Notes: a model not told the origin generated them from the letters alone. A DNA stretch of 64,000 nucleotides from an uncultured Deinococcaceae bacterium (GCA_964252075.1 CAXULY010000008.1:1-64000), one strand, 5' to 3'; counted from the stretch's first letter, positions 50,843 to 61,656 are shown. Numbers and translations are program-made.

Positions 50843-51919
50843 ATGCGATCCAGCGTGCGGTGTGCGGCGTTCCTGACCCTCGCTTCCCTGACCGCCCAGG
50901 CGGCCAGCGCGGCCCCCGCCACGCTGTACCGCGGCACCATCGGCGCGCAGGCGGTCGTGCTGAAGCTCGGCGACAACGACGACAGCCGCTACTTCTACGT
51001 GCGGCGCGGCGTGGACCTGCCCCTGCAGGTGCAGGCGCAGGGCGGCGCGCTCGCGCTGACGGAGGTGGTCTCCAGCTTCGATCAGCTGCCCAACGGCGAC
51101 TACGGCAAGGTCACGGGCCGCATGACGCTCACCCGCTCGGCGGGCGGCCTGAGCGGCACGTGGCGCAGCCCGGACGGCGCGCGCCAGCTGCCCGTCCGCC
51201 TGCAGCGCGTGAACGTGCAGGTGGAGCGCCCCGCCCTGCCCCTCACGCCGGGCCTCGTGAAGCTGCGCGCGGAGGACGCCCTGGATTACCTGAAGCTCAA
51301 CCGCCCGCTCGCGCCTGCCCCCGCGAAGTCTGGCCTGAACTGGCTGCAGGAGTCGCTGAGCGGCGTGACGTACCCGCGCCTTCCCGGGCGGGCGGCGGGC
51401 AACGCGGTGCTGCAGGACCGGCAGCTGGACGCGGCGGTGAACGCCCTGCAGTGCCAGTCGGACGTGGGTGACAAGGACGTGGGGCAGCGCGCCTGGGAGC
51501 AGACCACCACCGTCACGTACCTGACCGCGCGCCTGCTGAGCCTCAAGGACGACGTGGGGTACTTCTGCGGCGGCGCGCACCCGGACGCGTACACGGACGG
51601 CCTGATCCTCGACCGCGCGACCGGCCGGGCGCTCGGCGTGCGCGCCCTGTGGCCGCGCCTCACGCCCGCGGCGCTGCACCGCCAGTACCTCGCGGGCTAC
51701 CCGCGCACGCCGGACGACCAGGACTGCGTGGACGCCGTGAAGGACAGTGGCCCGAGCGACGTGAACGACGCCCAGGCGTACACCGCCTTCCTGAGCGCGC
51801 GCGGCCTGACCGTGTGGCCCACCTACCTGCCGCACGTGGCGCTGGCGTGCGCGGAGGAAGTCACGATTCCCTACGTGCGCCTCGCGCCGCTCGCCGGACC
51901 GCTCGCCCCGCGCCGCTGA
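50843..51919 (+). CDS. Hypothetical secreted protein (C-terminus DUF3298/RsiV-like)
   Basis: Signal peptide; YFCGGAHPD..LDRATG..GLTVW..VTIPY. Confidence 0.7.
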   Translation: MRSSVRCAAFLTLASLTAQAASAAPATLYRGTIGAQAVVLKLGDNDDSRYFYVRRGVDLPLQVQAQGGALALTEVVSSFDQLPNGDYGKVTGRMTLTRSAGGLSGTWRSPDGARQLPVRLQRVNVQVERPALPLTPGLVKLRAEDALDYLKLNRPLAPAPAKSGLNWLQESLSGVTYPRLPGRAAGNAVLQDRQLDAAVNALQCQSDVGDKDVGQRAWEQTTTVTYLTARLLSLKDDVGYFCGGAHPDAYTDGLILDRATGRALGVRALWPRLTPAALHRQYLAGYPRTPDDQDCVDAVKDSGPSDVNDAQAYTAFLSARGLTVWPTYLPHVALACAEEVTIPYVRLAPLAGPLAPRR

Positions 51920-51923
51920 CGCC

Positions 51924-52592
51924 GTGCTGCTCAGCGTCGACTGGGACTGCTACTCAGCGTGCGCGGAGCTGGTGTTCGACGCGCCCATCTGGGGCACCGC
52001 GGACCGCGAGGCGGACCGCCTGGACGCGTGGCGTGCGCGCGCCACGCGGCGCGGCGGCGCGGGTTGGGCGGCCCTCGACGAGGACTTCCCGCTGCTGGGT
52101 GACTGGGCGGCGCTGCGGCGGTACGCGGGCCGCCCGGCCTTCGTGGCGTGGAGTCACGCGCACGCCTGGGGGTGGCTGGAGCGCTTCCCAGGCCGGGAAG
52201 TCCTGAACCTCGACAGCCACCATGACCTCGGGAGCACCAGTGGCGACCCCACGAGGCTCCGCCCCGGCAACTGGGCGGGGCTGGCGCTCGCGCACGGCCT
52301 CGCCCCGCGCTACACCGCGCGCTACCCGGCGTGGCACGCGCACCTGCCGGTGGCGGAGGGGTACGACCTGGACCGCACGCGGGCGGAACTCGCCGCGCGC
52401 CTGCCGCCCGAGGTGCTGCGCCGCGTCACGCTGGAGCGCTCCGACGACCTGCCGGAGCCCGCGCGGGTGGAGGCCGTGCTGCTCGTGCAGTCCCCGGCGT
52501 GGACGAGTCCGGCGCACGACGCGGCCTTCATGACCGTGTGCGGGGCGCTGGCGGCGCAGGAACTCAGCCCGCCGCTCGCGCGGCCCTGGTGA
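51924..52592 (+). CDS. Arginase/deacetylase-like fold hypothetical protein (UPF0489-like)
   Basis: SVDWD, SHAH, NLDSHHD, GNW, SPAW metal-binding pattern. Confidence 0.65.
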   Translation: MLLSVDWDCYSACAELVFDAPIWGTADREADRLDAWRARATRRGGAGWAALDEDFPLLGDWAALRRYAGRPAFVAWSHAHAWGWLERFPGREVLNLDSHHDLGSTSGDPTRLRPGNWAGLALAHGLAPRYTARYPAWHAHLPVAEGYDLDRTRAELAARLPPEVLRRVTLERSDDLPEPARVEAVLLVQSPAWTSPAHDAAFMTVCGALAAQELSPPLARPW

Positions 52593-52649
52593 GGGCGCCC
52601 GCCTCCACATCCGGCGCGCTCCCCTGGGTCTTATACTTCTCACCAAGAC

Positions 52650-53099
52650 ATGACCGTTCGCAACGACGCCCCGACCCCGGACGCCCCGCCGTCACCGCCC
52701 ACCTACCACCTCGGCATCTACGCGGTGGTGACGCGCGGCCAGCGGGCCCTCCTGGTGGATTACGTCGGGGGGCGCGCGGGCCTGCCGGGCACCCTGCACA
52801 CCGACCCGCACGCGCCGGTGGAGGAACTGCTGCGTGACGCGATCTTCGCGCAGTCCGGCGTGGCCGTGGACCGCTTCGAACTGCTCGGCAGTTACGCCTT
52901 CACGAACGCGGGCGGCACCCCGCAGCTCAACCTGGTGTTCCTCACCGAGTACGTGAGTGGCGCGATCGGGTCGGCGTCGAACGGCGTGCAGACCGCCACC
53001 TGGATGAGCCTCGTGGAGGTGCGCTGGCACCCGCGCGCCACGGACCTCACGCGGGAAGCCGCGCGCCGCGCCGCCGAGATCCTTCAGCTGCGCCGCTGA
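52650..53099 (+). CDS. Nudix-fold protein with degenerate Nudix box
   Basis: GIYAVV..ALLV..GLPG..VEELLRDAIFAQSGV..LLGSY..LVF..W. Confidence 0.6.
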   Translation: MTVRNDAPTPDAPPSPPTYHLGIYAVVTRGQRALLVDYVGGRAGLPGTLHTDPHAPVEELLRDAIFAQSGVAVDRFELLGSYAFTNAGGTPQLNLVFLTEYVSGAIGSASNGVQTATWMSLVEVRWHPRATDLTREAARRAAEILQLRR

Positions 53100-53232
53100 C
53101 CCGCGCCACTCATCGGCCCCGCCTGTCCGCCCGGGCCGGTCCATGAACGCGCGGTGGGCGTCAGCGGGGCGGTGGGCGCAGGCGTCGGCCCACCCCATCC
53201 ACAGGGGCGTCCAAAGGCACTAGAGTGCCGTC

Positions 53233-54813
53233 ATGAACTACCCCAGCCTACGCCAGCCGGTGTACGCGCGCGGCGGCATGGTCGCCACTGGACAGCCGCT
53301 GGCCGCCCAGGCCGGACTGCACGTGCTCCGCGAGGGCGGCAACGCCATCGACGCGGCCCTCGCGACCGCCGCGGCCCTCACGGTGGTGGAGCCCACCAGC
53401 AACGGCATCGGCGGCGACCTCTTCGCCCTGGTGTGGGACGGCGAGCGCCTGCACGGCCTGAACGCCTCGGGCGCCGCGCCGCAGGCGCTCACGCAGGCGG
53501 CGCTGAACGGCCAGCCCATGCCGAGTCTCGGCTGGCTGCCCGTCACGGTGCCGGGCGCCGTGCGCGGTTGGGCGGACCTGCACGCGCGCTTCGGGCGCAG
53601 TCCCTTCGAGGCGGTGCTCGCCCCGGCCATCCAGTACGCGCGGCACGGGTACCCGCTCAGCCCGGTGCTCGCGCAGGGCTGGGCGCGCGCTGCGGGCGTG
53701 TACGGTGCGAGCGCCCAGCCGGAACTCGCGGAGTGGTCGCGGGTCTTCACGCCGCAGGGCTTCACGCCTCGCCCCGGCGCCCTGTGGTCCAGCGAGGGCC
53801 ACGCGCGCACGTTGGAGCGCATCGCGCAGAGCCGGAGCGCGGACTTCTATGAGGGTGAACTCGCGCAGGTCATCTCCCGGCACGCTGAGGCGACGGGCGG
53901 CCTGCTGCGCGACACGGACCTCGCGGCGCACGCGTCGGAATGGGTGGAGCCCATCCGCATGCGGTACCGCGACGCGGAGGTCTTCGAGATCCCGCCGAAC
54001 GGGCAGGGCATCGCGGCGCTCATCGCGCTCGGCATTCTGGACGGCCTGCTGCTCCCCACCGTGCGGGACAGCGTGGACGGCCTGCACCTGCAGATCGAGG
54101 CGATGAAACTCGCCTTCGCGGACGCGCACGCGCATGTCGCGGACATGCGGCACGTACCCGTGCCCGTCGAGCGCCTGCTGTCCAACGCGCACCTCGCGCA
54201 GCAGCGGGCGCGCATCACGGAGCACGCCCTGGACCCCCAGACGCCCGCGCCCGCGCAGGGAGGCACCGTGTACCTGTGCACCGCGGACGGCGAGGGGAAC
54301 ATGGTGAGCCTCATCCAGAGCAACTACCAGGGCTTCGGGAGTGGCGTGGTCGTGCCGGGCACCGGCATCGCGCTGCACAACCGCGGCCTGGGCTTCAAGG
54401 CGGACCCTGCGCACCCCGGCGCGCTCCAGCCCGGCCACCGCCCGTACCACACCATCATCCCCGGCTTCATGTTCAGGGGCGGCGTGCCCATGGGGCCCTT
54501 CGGCGTGATGGGCGGCTTCATGCAGCCGCAGGGGCACCTGCAGGTCGCGGTGAACACCCTGGATTACGGCATGAATCCGCAGCAGGCGCTCGACGCGCCG
54601 CGCTGGCAGTGGATGGAAGGCAAGACCGTGGAGGTCGAGCACAGCCTCGGCGCGGAACTCTCCCGCGACCTCGCCGCGCGCGGCCATGACATCCGCGTGC
54701 AGCTGAACGCCAGCGCGTTCGGGCGCGGGCAGATCATCTGGCGCGACCCCGAGACGGGCGTGCTGGTGGGCGGCAGCGAATCCCGCACGGACGGGCAGGT
54801 GGCGGCCTTTTGA
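53233..54813 (+). CDS. ggt: Gamma-glutamyltransferase family protein (YwrD/HpxW-like)
   Basis: GGNAIDAA, VEPTSNGIGGD, GTVYL (autocleavage Thr), PYHTIIP, GVMGGFMQPQGH. Confidence 0.9.
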   Translation: MNYPSLRQPVYARGGMVATGQPLAAQAGLHVLREGGNAIDAALATAAALTVVEPTSNGIGGDLFALVWDGERLHGLNASGAAPQALTQAALNGQPMPSLGWLPVTVPGAVRGWADLHARFGRSPFEAVLAPAIQYARHGYPLSPVLAQGWARAAGVYGASAQPELAEWSRVFTPQGFTPRPGALWSSEGHARTLERIAQSRSADFYEGELAQVISRHAEATGGLLRDTDLAAHASEWVEPIRMRYRDAEVFEIPPNGQGIAALIALGILDGLLLPTVRDSVDGLHLQIEAMKLAFADAHAHVADMRHVPVPVERLLSNAHLAQQRARITEHALDPQTPAPAQGGTVYLCTADGEGNMVSLIQSNYQGFGSGVVVPGTGIALHNRGLGFKADPAHPGALQPGHRPYHTIIPGFMFRGGVPMGPFGVMGGFMQPQGHLQVAVNTLDYGMNPQQALDAPRWQWMEGKTVEVEHSLGAELSRDLAARGHDIRVQLNASAFGRGQIIWRDPETGVLVGGSESRTDGQVAAF

Positions 54814-55604
54814 CGGCCTTCGTGCGCGCCAGCGGGCCGGGAGACGCCGCGCTGAACCCCCTGCAGGTCGCCGTGCAGAACGACCGCGTGCTGCTGCGCG
54901 ACGACCTCACCTTGCCCGAGGGCCTGCCGGATGGGGTGCTCACGGACGCCGTCATCATCGGTGAGCTGGACGGGCGCCCGGTCGTGGCGGGCCTCCTGAC
55001 TGGCGACGCGCCAGCGGGGCACGCGACGGTCGGCCTGCGCGCGCTTCATGCGCGCGTCCCCGCGGACCTGTGGGCGGTCCTCGCGTACGGCGTGCAGATG
55101 GCGGCCTTCCACGACACGCACCGCCACTGCGGGCGCGACGGCACCCCCACCGTGTCCATCGAGGGGGAGCAGGCGCGGCGCTGCCCGCACTGCGGCCTGA
55201 GCGTGTACCCGCGCGTGGCGCCCGCCGTGATTGTGCTGATCCGGCGTGGGGACGAGGTGCTGCTCGCGCGCTCCCCGCGCTTCCCGCCCGGCATGTACAG
55301 CATCGTCGCGGGCTTCGTGGAGAGCGGCGAGACGCTGGAGGACACCGTGCACCGCGAGATCCTGGAGGAGGTCGGCGTGCGCGTCACGAACCTGCGGTAC
55401 TTCGACAGCCAGCCGTGGCCGTACCCGCACTCCCTGATGGTGGGCTTCCTCGCGGACTACGCGGGCGGCGACATCGTGCCGCAGCCCGGCGAGATCGAGG
55501 ACGCGCGGTGGTTCAAGCTGAGCGCCCTGCCGCGCGTGCCGGACCGCGCGAGCATCGCGCGGCGGCTCATCGAGTCCGCCGCGGGCCGCATCGAGGACGT
55601 GTGA
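54810..55604 (+). CDS. nudC: NAD(H) pyrophosphatase
   Basis: Zn-finger, YPRVAP, AGFVESGETLE..REILEEVG, SQPWPYPHSLM. Confidence 0.93.
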   Translation: MTAFVRASGPGDAALNPLQVAVQNDRVLLRDDLTLPEGLPDGVLTDAVIIGELDGRPVVAGLLTGDAPAGHATVGLRALHARVPADLWAVLAYGVQMAAFHDTHRHCGRDGTPTVSIEGEQARRCPHCGLSVYPRVAPAVIVLIRRGDEVLLARSPRFPPGMYSIVAGFVESGETLEDTVHREILEEVGVRVTNLRYFDSQPWPYPHSLMVGFLADYAGGDIVPQPGEIEDARWFKLSALPRVPDRASIARRLIESAAGRIEDV

Positions 55605-56797
55605 GCGCGCCTCAGCTGGAACTCCTGACCGCGGACGTGCTGTACAGCGGCATGGGGCTCCCGCAGGGCCCCGGCGCGGTGGTGCTGAGCGGGGCGACGG
55701 TGGCCGCCACCGGGCACCCGGACGAACTGCGCGCGGCGTACCCGCAGGCGGTGGAGCGCCGCGCGGGCCGCGTGATCGCGCCGCCCCCCGTGAACGCGCA
55801 CGCGCACCTCGACATGAGCAAGTACCCCTTCCGGTCCCTGCCGTACTTCCGCTGGATTCCCGAGCACGTGATTACGAACCGCCACCTGCGCGGCCTGGAG
55901 GGCGCGCGCGCGGGCCTCGCGGCGGTCCGCGCGAGCGGCGCGGCGGGCCTGGGGGACATCGTGTGGTCCCCGGACGTCATGGAGTTCCTGCTGCGCGAGT
56001 CGGACGTGCCGGGCGTCCTGTACTGGGAGGTGCTGGACCCCAACCCCGCCACCGCCCACGACACCTTCCGCGCGGCGGTGGCGCGCCTGGAGGCGTGGCG
56101 GCGGCTGGAGCGGCCGGGCGGCCCGCGCGTGGGCCTCAGCCCGCACGCCACGTACACCGTGTCGCACGCGCTGTTCCGCCTCCTCGCGGACCACGCGCGC
56201 CGCGAGGCGCTGCCCATGCAGATTCACGTGGCGGAACACCCCAGCGAACTGGAGTTGTTCCGGACTGGTACGGGGGAACTCGCGGCGTCCATCGCGCGCT
56301 ACAACTGGCCGTTCGGGCTGCAGGACGTGTTCGGGCGCGCACCCGACCTCGCCCTCACGCCCGTGCGGTACCTCGCGGACCTCGGCGTGCTGGACGCCCG
56401 GCCCACCCTGGTGCACATGGTCGCGGTCACGCCTGACGACGCGCGCAGCGTGGGTCAGGCGGGCTGCTTGGTCGTGAGCTGCCCGCGCAGCAACGCGAAC
56501 CTGCACTGCGGTACCATGCCGTGGACTGAGCTGGCGGCGGCGGGCGTGGAGATCGCGCTCGGCACGGACTCCGTCGCGAGCGGCGAGACCCTCGACATTC
56601 ACGACGAGGTGCGCGCCGCGCTGGCCCTTCAGCCGGACCTCGACGCGCGCGCGGTGGTGCGCGCCGCCGTGAAGGGCGGGCGCCGCGTGCTGGGCCTCCC
56701 GATGCCCTTCATCCGGCGCGGCGAGGCGTGGGACGCCGCTTACGTGTGGCCGGACGCGGTGGGGGAGACGGGCAGCTCGAAGCGCGCGGAGGTGTAG
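55601..56797 (+). CDS. Metal-dependent amidohydrolase, likely aminodeoxyfutalosine deaminase (Dr0824-like)
   Basis: VNAHAHLD, SPH, HVAEH, VHM, GTDS; resembles the D. radiodurans Dr0824 sequence as recalled, not aligned. Confidence 0.75.
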   Translation: MSAPQLELLTADVLYSGMGLPQGPGAVVLSGATVAATGHPDELRAAYPQAVERRAGRVIAPPPVNAHAHLDMSKYPFRSLPYFRWIPEHVITNRHLRGLEGARAGLAAVRASGAAGLGDIVWSPDVMEFLLRESDVPGVLYWEVLDPNPATAHDTFRAAVARLEAWRRLERPGGPRVGLSPHATYTVSHALFRLLADHARREALPMQIHVAEHPSELELFRTGTGELAASIARYNWPFGLQDVFGRAPDLALTPVRYLADLGVLDARPTLVHMVAVTPDDARSVGQAGCLVVSCPRSNANLHCGTMPWTELAAAGVEIALGTDSVASGETLDIHDEVRAALALQPDLDARAVVRAAVKGGRRVLGLPMPFIRRGEAWDAAYVWPDAVGETGSSKRAEV

Positions 56798-57246
56798 GGC
56801 CGCAGGGTCCGCACGCCGCGGGGCTGGAAGCCGTAACCCATGTACAGCGAGAGCAGCTTCTCGCGGTCCGCGCCCGTGTCGAGCCGCAGGAACGGACGCC
56901 CGCGCTGCCGCGTGACCTGAACGGCGTGATCCAGCGCGCCGCGTGAGAACCCGCGGCCCTGCCACTCGGGGTGCACGGCGAGGCGGTGCAGGGACAGCGC
57001 CTCGCCCGCCTGCGCGTCCGGCCACACGTCCGGGTCCTCGTCTATCAGGCAGAAGGTCACGACCGGGACGCCCTCCTGCACGCCCAGGAACCACCCGGAT
57101 TCCGGCGCGAGCTGTCGCAGCAGCGCTTCACGCATAATCTCTGGCGGCCACATTCCCAGCCCACGCGCCCGCAAGTCCAGCGCCGCGCGCGTGAGCAGGT
57201 CCGAGCAGAGGCCCAGACGACCTACGGCGGGCGCGAACTCAATCAT
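56740..57246 (-). CDS. GNAT acetyltransferase
   Basis: LHRLAVHPEWQGRG, LRLDT..KLLSLY..YGF. Confidence 0.85.
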   Translation of the reverse strand: MIEFAPAVGRLGLCSDLLTRAALDLRARGLGMWPPEIMREALLRQLAPESGWFLGVQEGVPVVTFCLIDEDPDVWPDAQAGEALSLHRLAVHPEWQGRGFSRGALDHAVQVTRQRGRPFLRLDTGADREKLLSLYMGYGFQPRGVRTLRPYTSARFELPVSPTASGHT

Positions 57247-58618
57247 CGAGCGGTTCGGTGCCGCGCACGGCGGCGAGCGTCTCCTCGGGCTGCACGGGGG
57301 GGAGGTCCGGCAGGAAGCGCGCCTCGATCGCGCGCGCGTGCGCCTCCAGGCCCTCCGCGCGCGCGAGGCGCGCCGCGTGCGGCCCCACCTCCGCGAGCGT
57401 GCGCTCGTTCACGCCCACCACGCTGATGATGGTCTGGAAGTCCCGCACGTTCACGGGGCTGGAGAAGCGCGCGGTGCCGCCCGTCGGCATCACGTGGCTG
57501 GGGCCCGCCGCGTAATCCCCGAGGGCCTCCATGCTCGCCTCGCCCACGAACACGCCGCCCGCGCGGCGCACGCGGTCCAGCAGGCTCCACGGGTCGCGCG
57601 TGAGGAGGCACAGGTGCTCCGGCGCGTAGTGGTTCGCGAGGTCCAGCGCCTCGTCCAGGCTGCCCGCCAGCACCGCGATGGCGCGCGCGTCCATACTCTC
57701 GCGCGCCCAGCTGCGGTTCGGTTCGGGCAGCGCCTCCAGCTGGCGGCCCAGCTCCAGCTCCACCTCGATCAGCAGTTCGGGGCTGGTGCTCACCAGCACG
57801 GGCTCCGCGCCGAGGTGCTCGGCCTGCGCGAGCAGGTCGGCGGCCACGAAGCGCGCGCTGGCGGTCTCGTCAGCGAGCACCAGCGTCTCGGTGGGGCCGG
57901 GGAGGCTCTCGATGCCGACCGCGCCGAACACCGCGCGCTTGGCGAGCACCACGTAGCGGTTGCCGGGCCCCGCGATCTTGTCCACGGCGGGCACGCTCGG
58001 GGTGCCGTACGCCATCGCGGCGATGGCCTGCGCGCCGCCCAGCGCGAAGAGGCGCGTGACGCCCACCTCGCGCGCCGCGACCAGCGTCGCGGCGGGCACG
58101 CGGCCCTCGCGGTCCGGCGGCGTACACACGATGATGTCTTCGACGCCCGCCACGCGCGCCGGGACCGCCGTGTGAATGAGGCTGCTCACCAGGGGCGCGA
58201 GGCCGCCCGGCACGTACACGCCCACCCGCCCGAGCGGCCGCACGAGCTGCCCCAGCGTGCCGCCCGCGTCCTCGTGCAGGAAGCCGCGCGCGGGCTGCCG
58301 CTCGTGGAAGGCCCGCACGCGCGCGACCGCCACGCGGATCGCCTCGTGCAGTTCGGGTGGCACGGTGGCCGCCGCAATCTCCTCGCCGCTCACCTCCAGG
58401 CGCTCGGGGCGGCGCCCGTCCAGGCGCGCCGTCCAGTCCAGGAGGGCGTCGTCGCCGCGCGCGCGCACGTCCGCGAGGATGCGCTCGACCGCCTGCTGCG
58501 GCGTGAGGCGCTCGCCGAACAGCGCCTCGTTGGCGCTCAGCACGGATTCGGGGACGGCTTGGTCGGTGAAGCTGCGCGTGAGGGCGGCTCTGGCCGCCTC
58601 GCCTTGCAGGATGTTCAT
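57239..58618 (-). CDS. hisD: Histidinol dehydrogenase
   Basis: GVYVPGG, GGAQAIAA, GPGN, DLLAQAEH, APEHL, GPSHVMPT. Confidence 0.96.
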   Translation of the reverse strand: MNILQGEAARAALTRSFTDQAVPESVLSANEALFGERLTPQQAVERILADVRARGDDALLDWTARLDGRRPERLEVSGEEIAAATVPPELHEAIRVAVARVRAFHERQPARGFLHEDAGGTLGQLVRPLGRVGVYVPGGLAPLVSSLIHTAVPARVAGVEDIIVCTPPDREGRVPAATLVAAREVGVTRLFALGGAQAIAAMAYGTPSVPAVDKIAGPGNRYVVLAKRAVFGAVGIESLPGPTETLVLADETASARFVAADLLAQAEHLGAEPVLVSTSPELLIEVELELGRQLEALPEPNRSWARESMDARAIAVLAGSLDEALDLANHYAPEHLCLLTRDPWSLLDRVRRAGGVFVGEASMEALGDYAAGPSHVMPTGGTARFSSPVNVRDFQTIISVVGVNERTLAEVGPHAARLARAEGLEAHARAIEARFLPDLPPVQPEETLAAVRGTEPLDD

Positions 58619-58632
58619 GGGTGACTCTCCGT

Positions 58633-59262
58633 TCAGCGCCGCCGGCGCCGTGGGGCGGGGTCGGGCGCGCGCTCTCGCTCGCGGCGCGGCGCGCGCCCCC
58701 GCAGGCTGGCCTCGATGGGCCCGAAATCCGTGGGTTGAATCATGTGCAGCAGGCGGTTCGGCGCGTCGGCCTCCACCGTGACGGTCGCGCCGCCGGGCCG
58801 CAGCAGGAAGGTGCGGGCGCGCACGCCGTCCACCTCGCTGTTCGCGAGGCGCTGCACGTGCACGCGCCCGCCGAGCAGCCGCGCCTCGGCGCGGTCGTCG
58901 GTGAGGCCGCGCAGCCACATCACGATGGACACCGGGTCGTGGTGGTCCTCCAGGAGCGGCATGCTGGCTTCATCTCTGCCGAGGCGCAGGGTGGCGAGGC
59001 CGCTCTTGCGGTCGAAGGTCGCGTCGTACACCTTGCCGCGCGCGCCGTCCGTCTCCTGGTACGCGAGGCTCGTGAGGCTGCGCGGGTGCAGGCGCGAGGT
59101 CTGCACGCGGCGCACGGCGGGCAGCACCCCGCCGAAGTCCGTCTGCACGCGCACCAGCCACGCGTGCTTCTCGGGCGTCACGCTCCAGCTCTGCTCGCCC
59201 GCGGGCCGCCCGTGCAGGCTGAGCGCCATCGTGAAGCCCTCCGGGCGCAGTTCGGGCGTCAC
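58633..59262 (-). CDS. Hypothetical protein (DUF3108-like beta-rich)
   Basis: Coupled to deoB; HDPVS motif; host codon usage. Confidence 0.65.
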   Translation of the reverse strand: MTPELRPEGFTMALSLHGRPAGEQSWSVTPEKHAWLVRVQTDFGGVLPAVRRVQTSRLHPRSLTSLAYQETDGARGKVYDATFDRKSGLATLRLGRDEASMPLLEDHHDPVSIVMWLRGLTDDRAEARLLGGRVHVQRLANSEVDGVRARTFLLRPGGATVTVEADAPNRLLHMIQPTDFGPIEASLRGRAPRRERERAPDPAPRRRRR

Positions 59263-60410
59263 TTCAGCTGCTGCCAGAAGCTCTCACCCGGCCCGTCCCA
59301 GGTGGCGCCGAGCGCCTCGGCGGCGGTCGCGCCGAGGTCCGCGAAGGTCGCGCGCGTGCCGAGGTTCACCGTGTCGATGCCGGGGCGGTACGCGAGCAGC
59401 AGGCCGTACTCGCGGGTGTGGTCGCTGCCCGTCCAGGTGGGGTCGTTGCCGTGGTCGGACACGATCACGAGCGCGCCGTCCTCGGGGAGCGCCGCGAGCA
59501 ACTCCGGGAGGCGCGCGTCGAAGGCCGTGAGGGCGTTCCCGTACCCGACGGGGTCGCGGCGGTGCCCGAACTTCGCGTCGAAATCCACGAGGTTCGTGAA
59601 GAGCAGGCCGTCGAAGGGCTCGCGCAGGCGCCTGAGGGTCTTCTCGGTGCCGTCCGCGTTGTCGTCCGTGTGGATCTCCTCCGTGAAGCCGCGGTGGTCG
59701 TAGATGTCCGGGATCTTCCCGATCCCGATCACGTCCCGGCCCGCCGCGTGCAGGGCGTCCAGCACGGTGGGGGGCGGCGTGAGCGAGAAGTCCTTGCGCT
59801 GCTCGTTCGCGCGCTCGAAGGGGAACGCGCCGCGGAAGGGCCGCGCAATCACGCGTGCGACGGCGTAGGGGCCCTGCAGGATCTCGCGCGCCTCGCGGCA
59901 CCACGCGTACAGCGTCTCGGCGGGCACCACGTCGAGGTGCGCGGCGATCTGGAACACGCTGTCCGCGCTGGTGTACACGATGGGGTCGCCGCTCTGCAGG
60001 TGCGCCTCGCCGTAATCGCGGATGACGTCCGTGCCGCTGTACGGCTTGTTGCACAGCCAGCCGCGCCCGATGCGGCGCGAGAACTCGTCCATCACCTCGG
60101 GTGGGAAGCCGTCGTGGAAGGTCTGGAAGGGGTGTTCCAGCTGCACGCCCATGAACTCCCAGTGGCCGGTGGAGGTGTCCTTGCCGGGGCTGACCTCCAG
60201 CATGCGGCCGTAGGCGCCGCGCACCTCGGATTCGCACGGGAGGTCCACGCCGGGCAGCTGGCACAGGCCGAGCGCGGAGAGGTTCGGGAGGGTGATGGCG
60301 GTGCGGTCCACGGTGTGGTTGAGGGTGTGCGCGCCGACGTCCCCGAACTGGGCGGCGTCCGGCAGCGCGCCCACCCCGACGGAATCCAGCACGATGATGG
60401 CGAACTTCAT
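59259..60410 (-). CDS. deoB: Phosphopentomutase
   Basis: [47 protein letters not shown]. Confidence 0.96.
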   Translation of the reverse strand: MKFAIIVLDSVGVGALPDAAQFGDVGAHTLNHTVDRTAITLPNLSALGLCQLPGVDLPCESEVRGAYGRMLEVSPGKDTSTGHWEFMGVQLEHPFQTFHDGFPPEVMDEFSRRIGRGWLCNKPYSGTDVIRDYGEAHLQSGDPIVYTSADSVFQIAAHLDVVPAETLYAWCREAREILQGPYAVARVIARPFRGAFPFERANEQRKDFSLTPPPTVLDALHAAGRDVIGIGKIPDIYDHRGFTEEIHTDDNADGTEKTLRRLREPFDGLLFTNLVDFDAKFGHRRDPVGYGNALTAFDARLPELLAALPEDGALVIVSDHGNDPTWTGSDHTREYGLLLAYRPGIDTVNLGTRATFADLGATAAEALGATWDGPGESFWQQLK

Positions 60411-60555
60411 GCCCGGATTCTACGGTACGGTCGGCGCCGCACCTGTCCAGCACATTCGCAACATGAGAAGTCAATAGCGAGTACCTTCATAAAATGAAGA
60501 TGCTTGAGGCGCAGGTCCAGCGGTGCGGTTCGGCTCTGTTCTCCGGGAGGGCGGC

Positions 60556-60762
60556 GTGAAGTCCGTTGGCGGCATGCAGTCGCCCGTGCCGGGCGTCTCC
60601 TCGGTCGCGCTCATGAACTTCGCGGTGCGGCACGACGTGAGCTTCCCGGCGCTGGTCGCTTTTGTGCGCTTCCACCGGCGCCTCCCGCACAACCTGACGG
60701 AGTTCGAGGCGCACCGCCAGGAGGCCCTGGCGGGCGTCGCGCCGTTCGCCGCCATCGCCTGA
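60556..60762 (+). CDS. Small hypothetical protein (68 aa)
   Basis: GGGAGG RBS before GTG; own terminator downstream. Confidence 0.55.
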   Translation: MKSVGGMQSPVPGVSSVALMNFAVRHDVSFPALVAFVRFHRRLPHNLTEFEAHRQEALAGVAPFAAIA

Positions 60763-60770
60763 CAAAAAGG

Positions 60771-60803
60771 CGGGGGCCGCCCAGTCCTGGGCGGCCCCCG
60801 TTT
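60771..60803 (+). terminator. Intrinsic terminator
   Basis: CGGGGGCCGCCCAG-TC-CTGGGCGGCCCCCG-TTT. Confidence 0.75.
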
Positions 60804-60872
60804 CCCGGACGGCGCCGTGCGTATCAGGCCCGCCCCACGCCGCCTCATGGGGCCATGCTACCCTGGTGCTTG

Positions 60873-61646
60873 ATGACCGCCTCACCCACGAGTGCTGTGC
60901 AGGACAGCCCCCACGCCCGAGCGACCGCCCTGCAGGCCGAGGGCCTCGTCAAGACCTACGGGCGGCGCACGGTGGTGCGCGGCGTGAACCTGCGGGTGGC
61001 GCGCGGCGAGATCGTGGCGCTCTTCGGCCCGAACGGCGCGGGCAAGACCACCACCTTCTACATGATGGTGGGCTTCGTGCGGCCCGCGGCCGGGCGCATC
61101 GAGCTGAACGGCGAGGACGTCACGCGCCTCCCCATGCACCGCCGCGCCCGCAAGGGCCTCGGGTACCTCCCGCAGGAACCCAGCGCCTTTCGCAAGATGA
61201 CCGCCCGCGACAACCTCCTCGCGATCCTGGAGTACCAGCCGCTCAGCCGCGCGGACCGCGAGGCGCGCGCCGATGAACTGCTTGAGGAGTTCGGGCTCAC
61301 GCGCCTCGCGCATAGCTTCGCGTACCAGATGTCCGGCGGCGAGCGCCGCCGCCTGGAGATCGCGCGCGCGCTGACCACCGACCCGGACTTCATCCTGCTG
61401 GACGAGCCCTTCACGGGCGTGGACCCCAAGAGCGTGCGCGAGATTCAGCGCCTCATCCGTGACCTGCGCGAACGCCGGGGCCTCGGAGTGTTCATCACGG
61501 ACCACGCGGTGCGCGAGACGCTCGCCCTGACCGACCGCGTGTACCTGATGCACGACGGCGTGGTGGACTTCGACGGCACGCCCGACGACTTCACCCGCGA
61601 CCACCGCGCCATCAGCAATTACCTCGGCGAAGACTTCGAGCTGTAA
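60873..61646 (+). CDS. lptB: LptB-like ABC ATP-binding protein
   Basis: [59 protein letters not shown]. Confidence 0.9.
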   Translation: MTASPTSAVQDSPHARATALQAEGLVKTYGRRTVVRGVNLRVARGEIVALFGPNGAGKTTTFYMMVGFVRPAAGRIELNGEDVTRLPMHRRARKGLGYLPQEPSAFRKMTARDNLLAILEYQPLSRADREARADELLEEFGLTRLAHSFAYQMSGGERRRLEIARALTTDPDFILLDEPFTGVDPKSVREIQRLIRDLRERRGLGVFITDHAVRETLALTDRVYLMHDGVVDFDGTPDDFTRDHRAISNYLGEDFEL

Positions 61647-61656
61647 GGAGTAAGCC

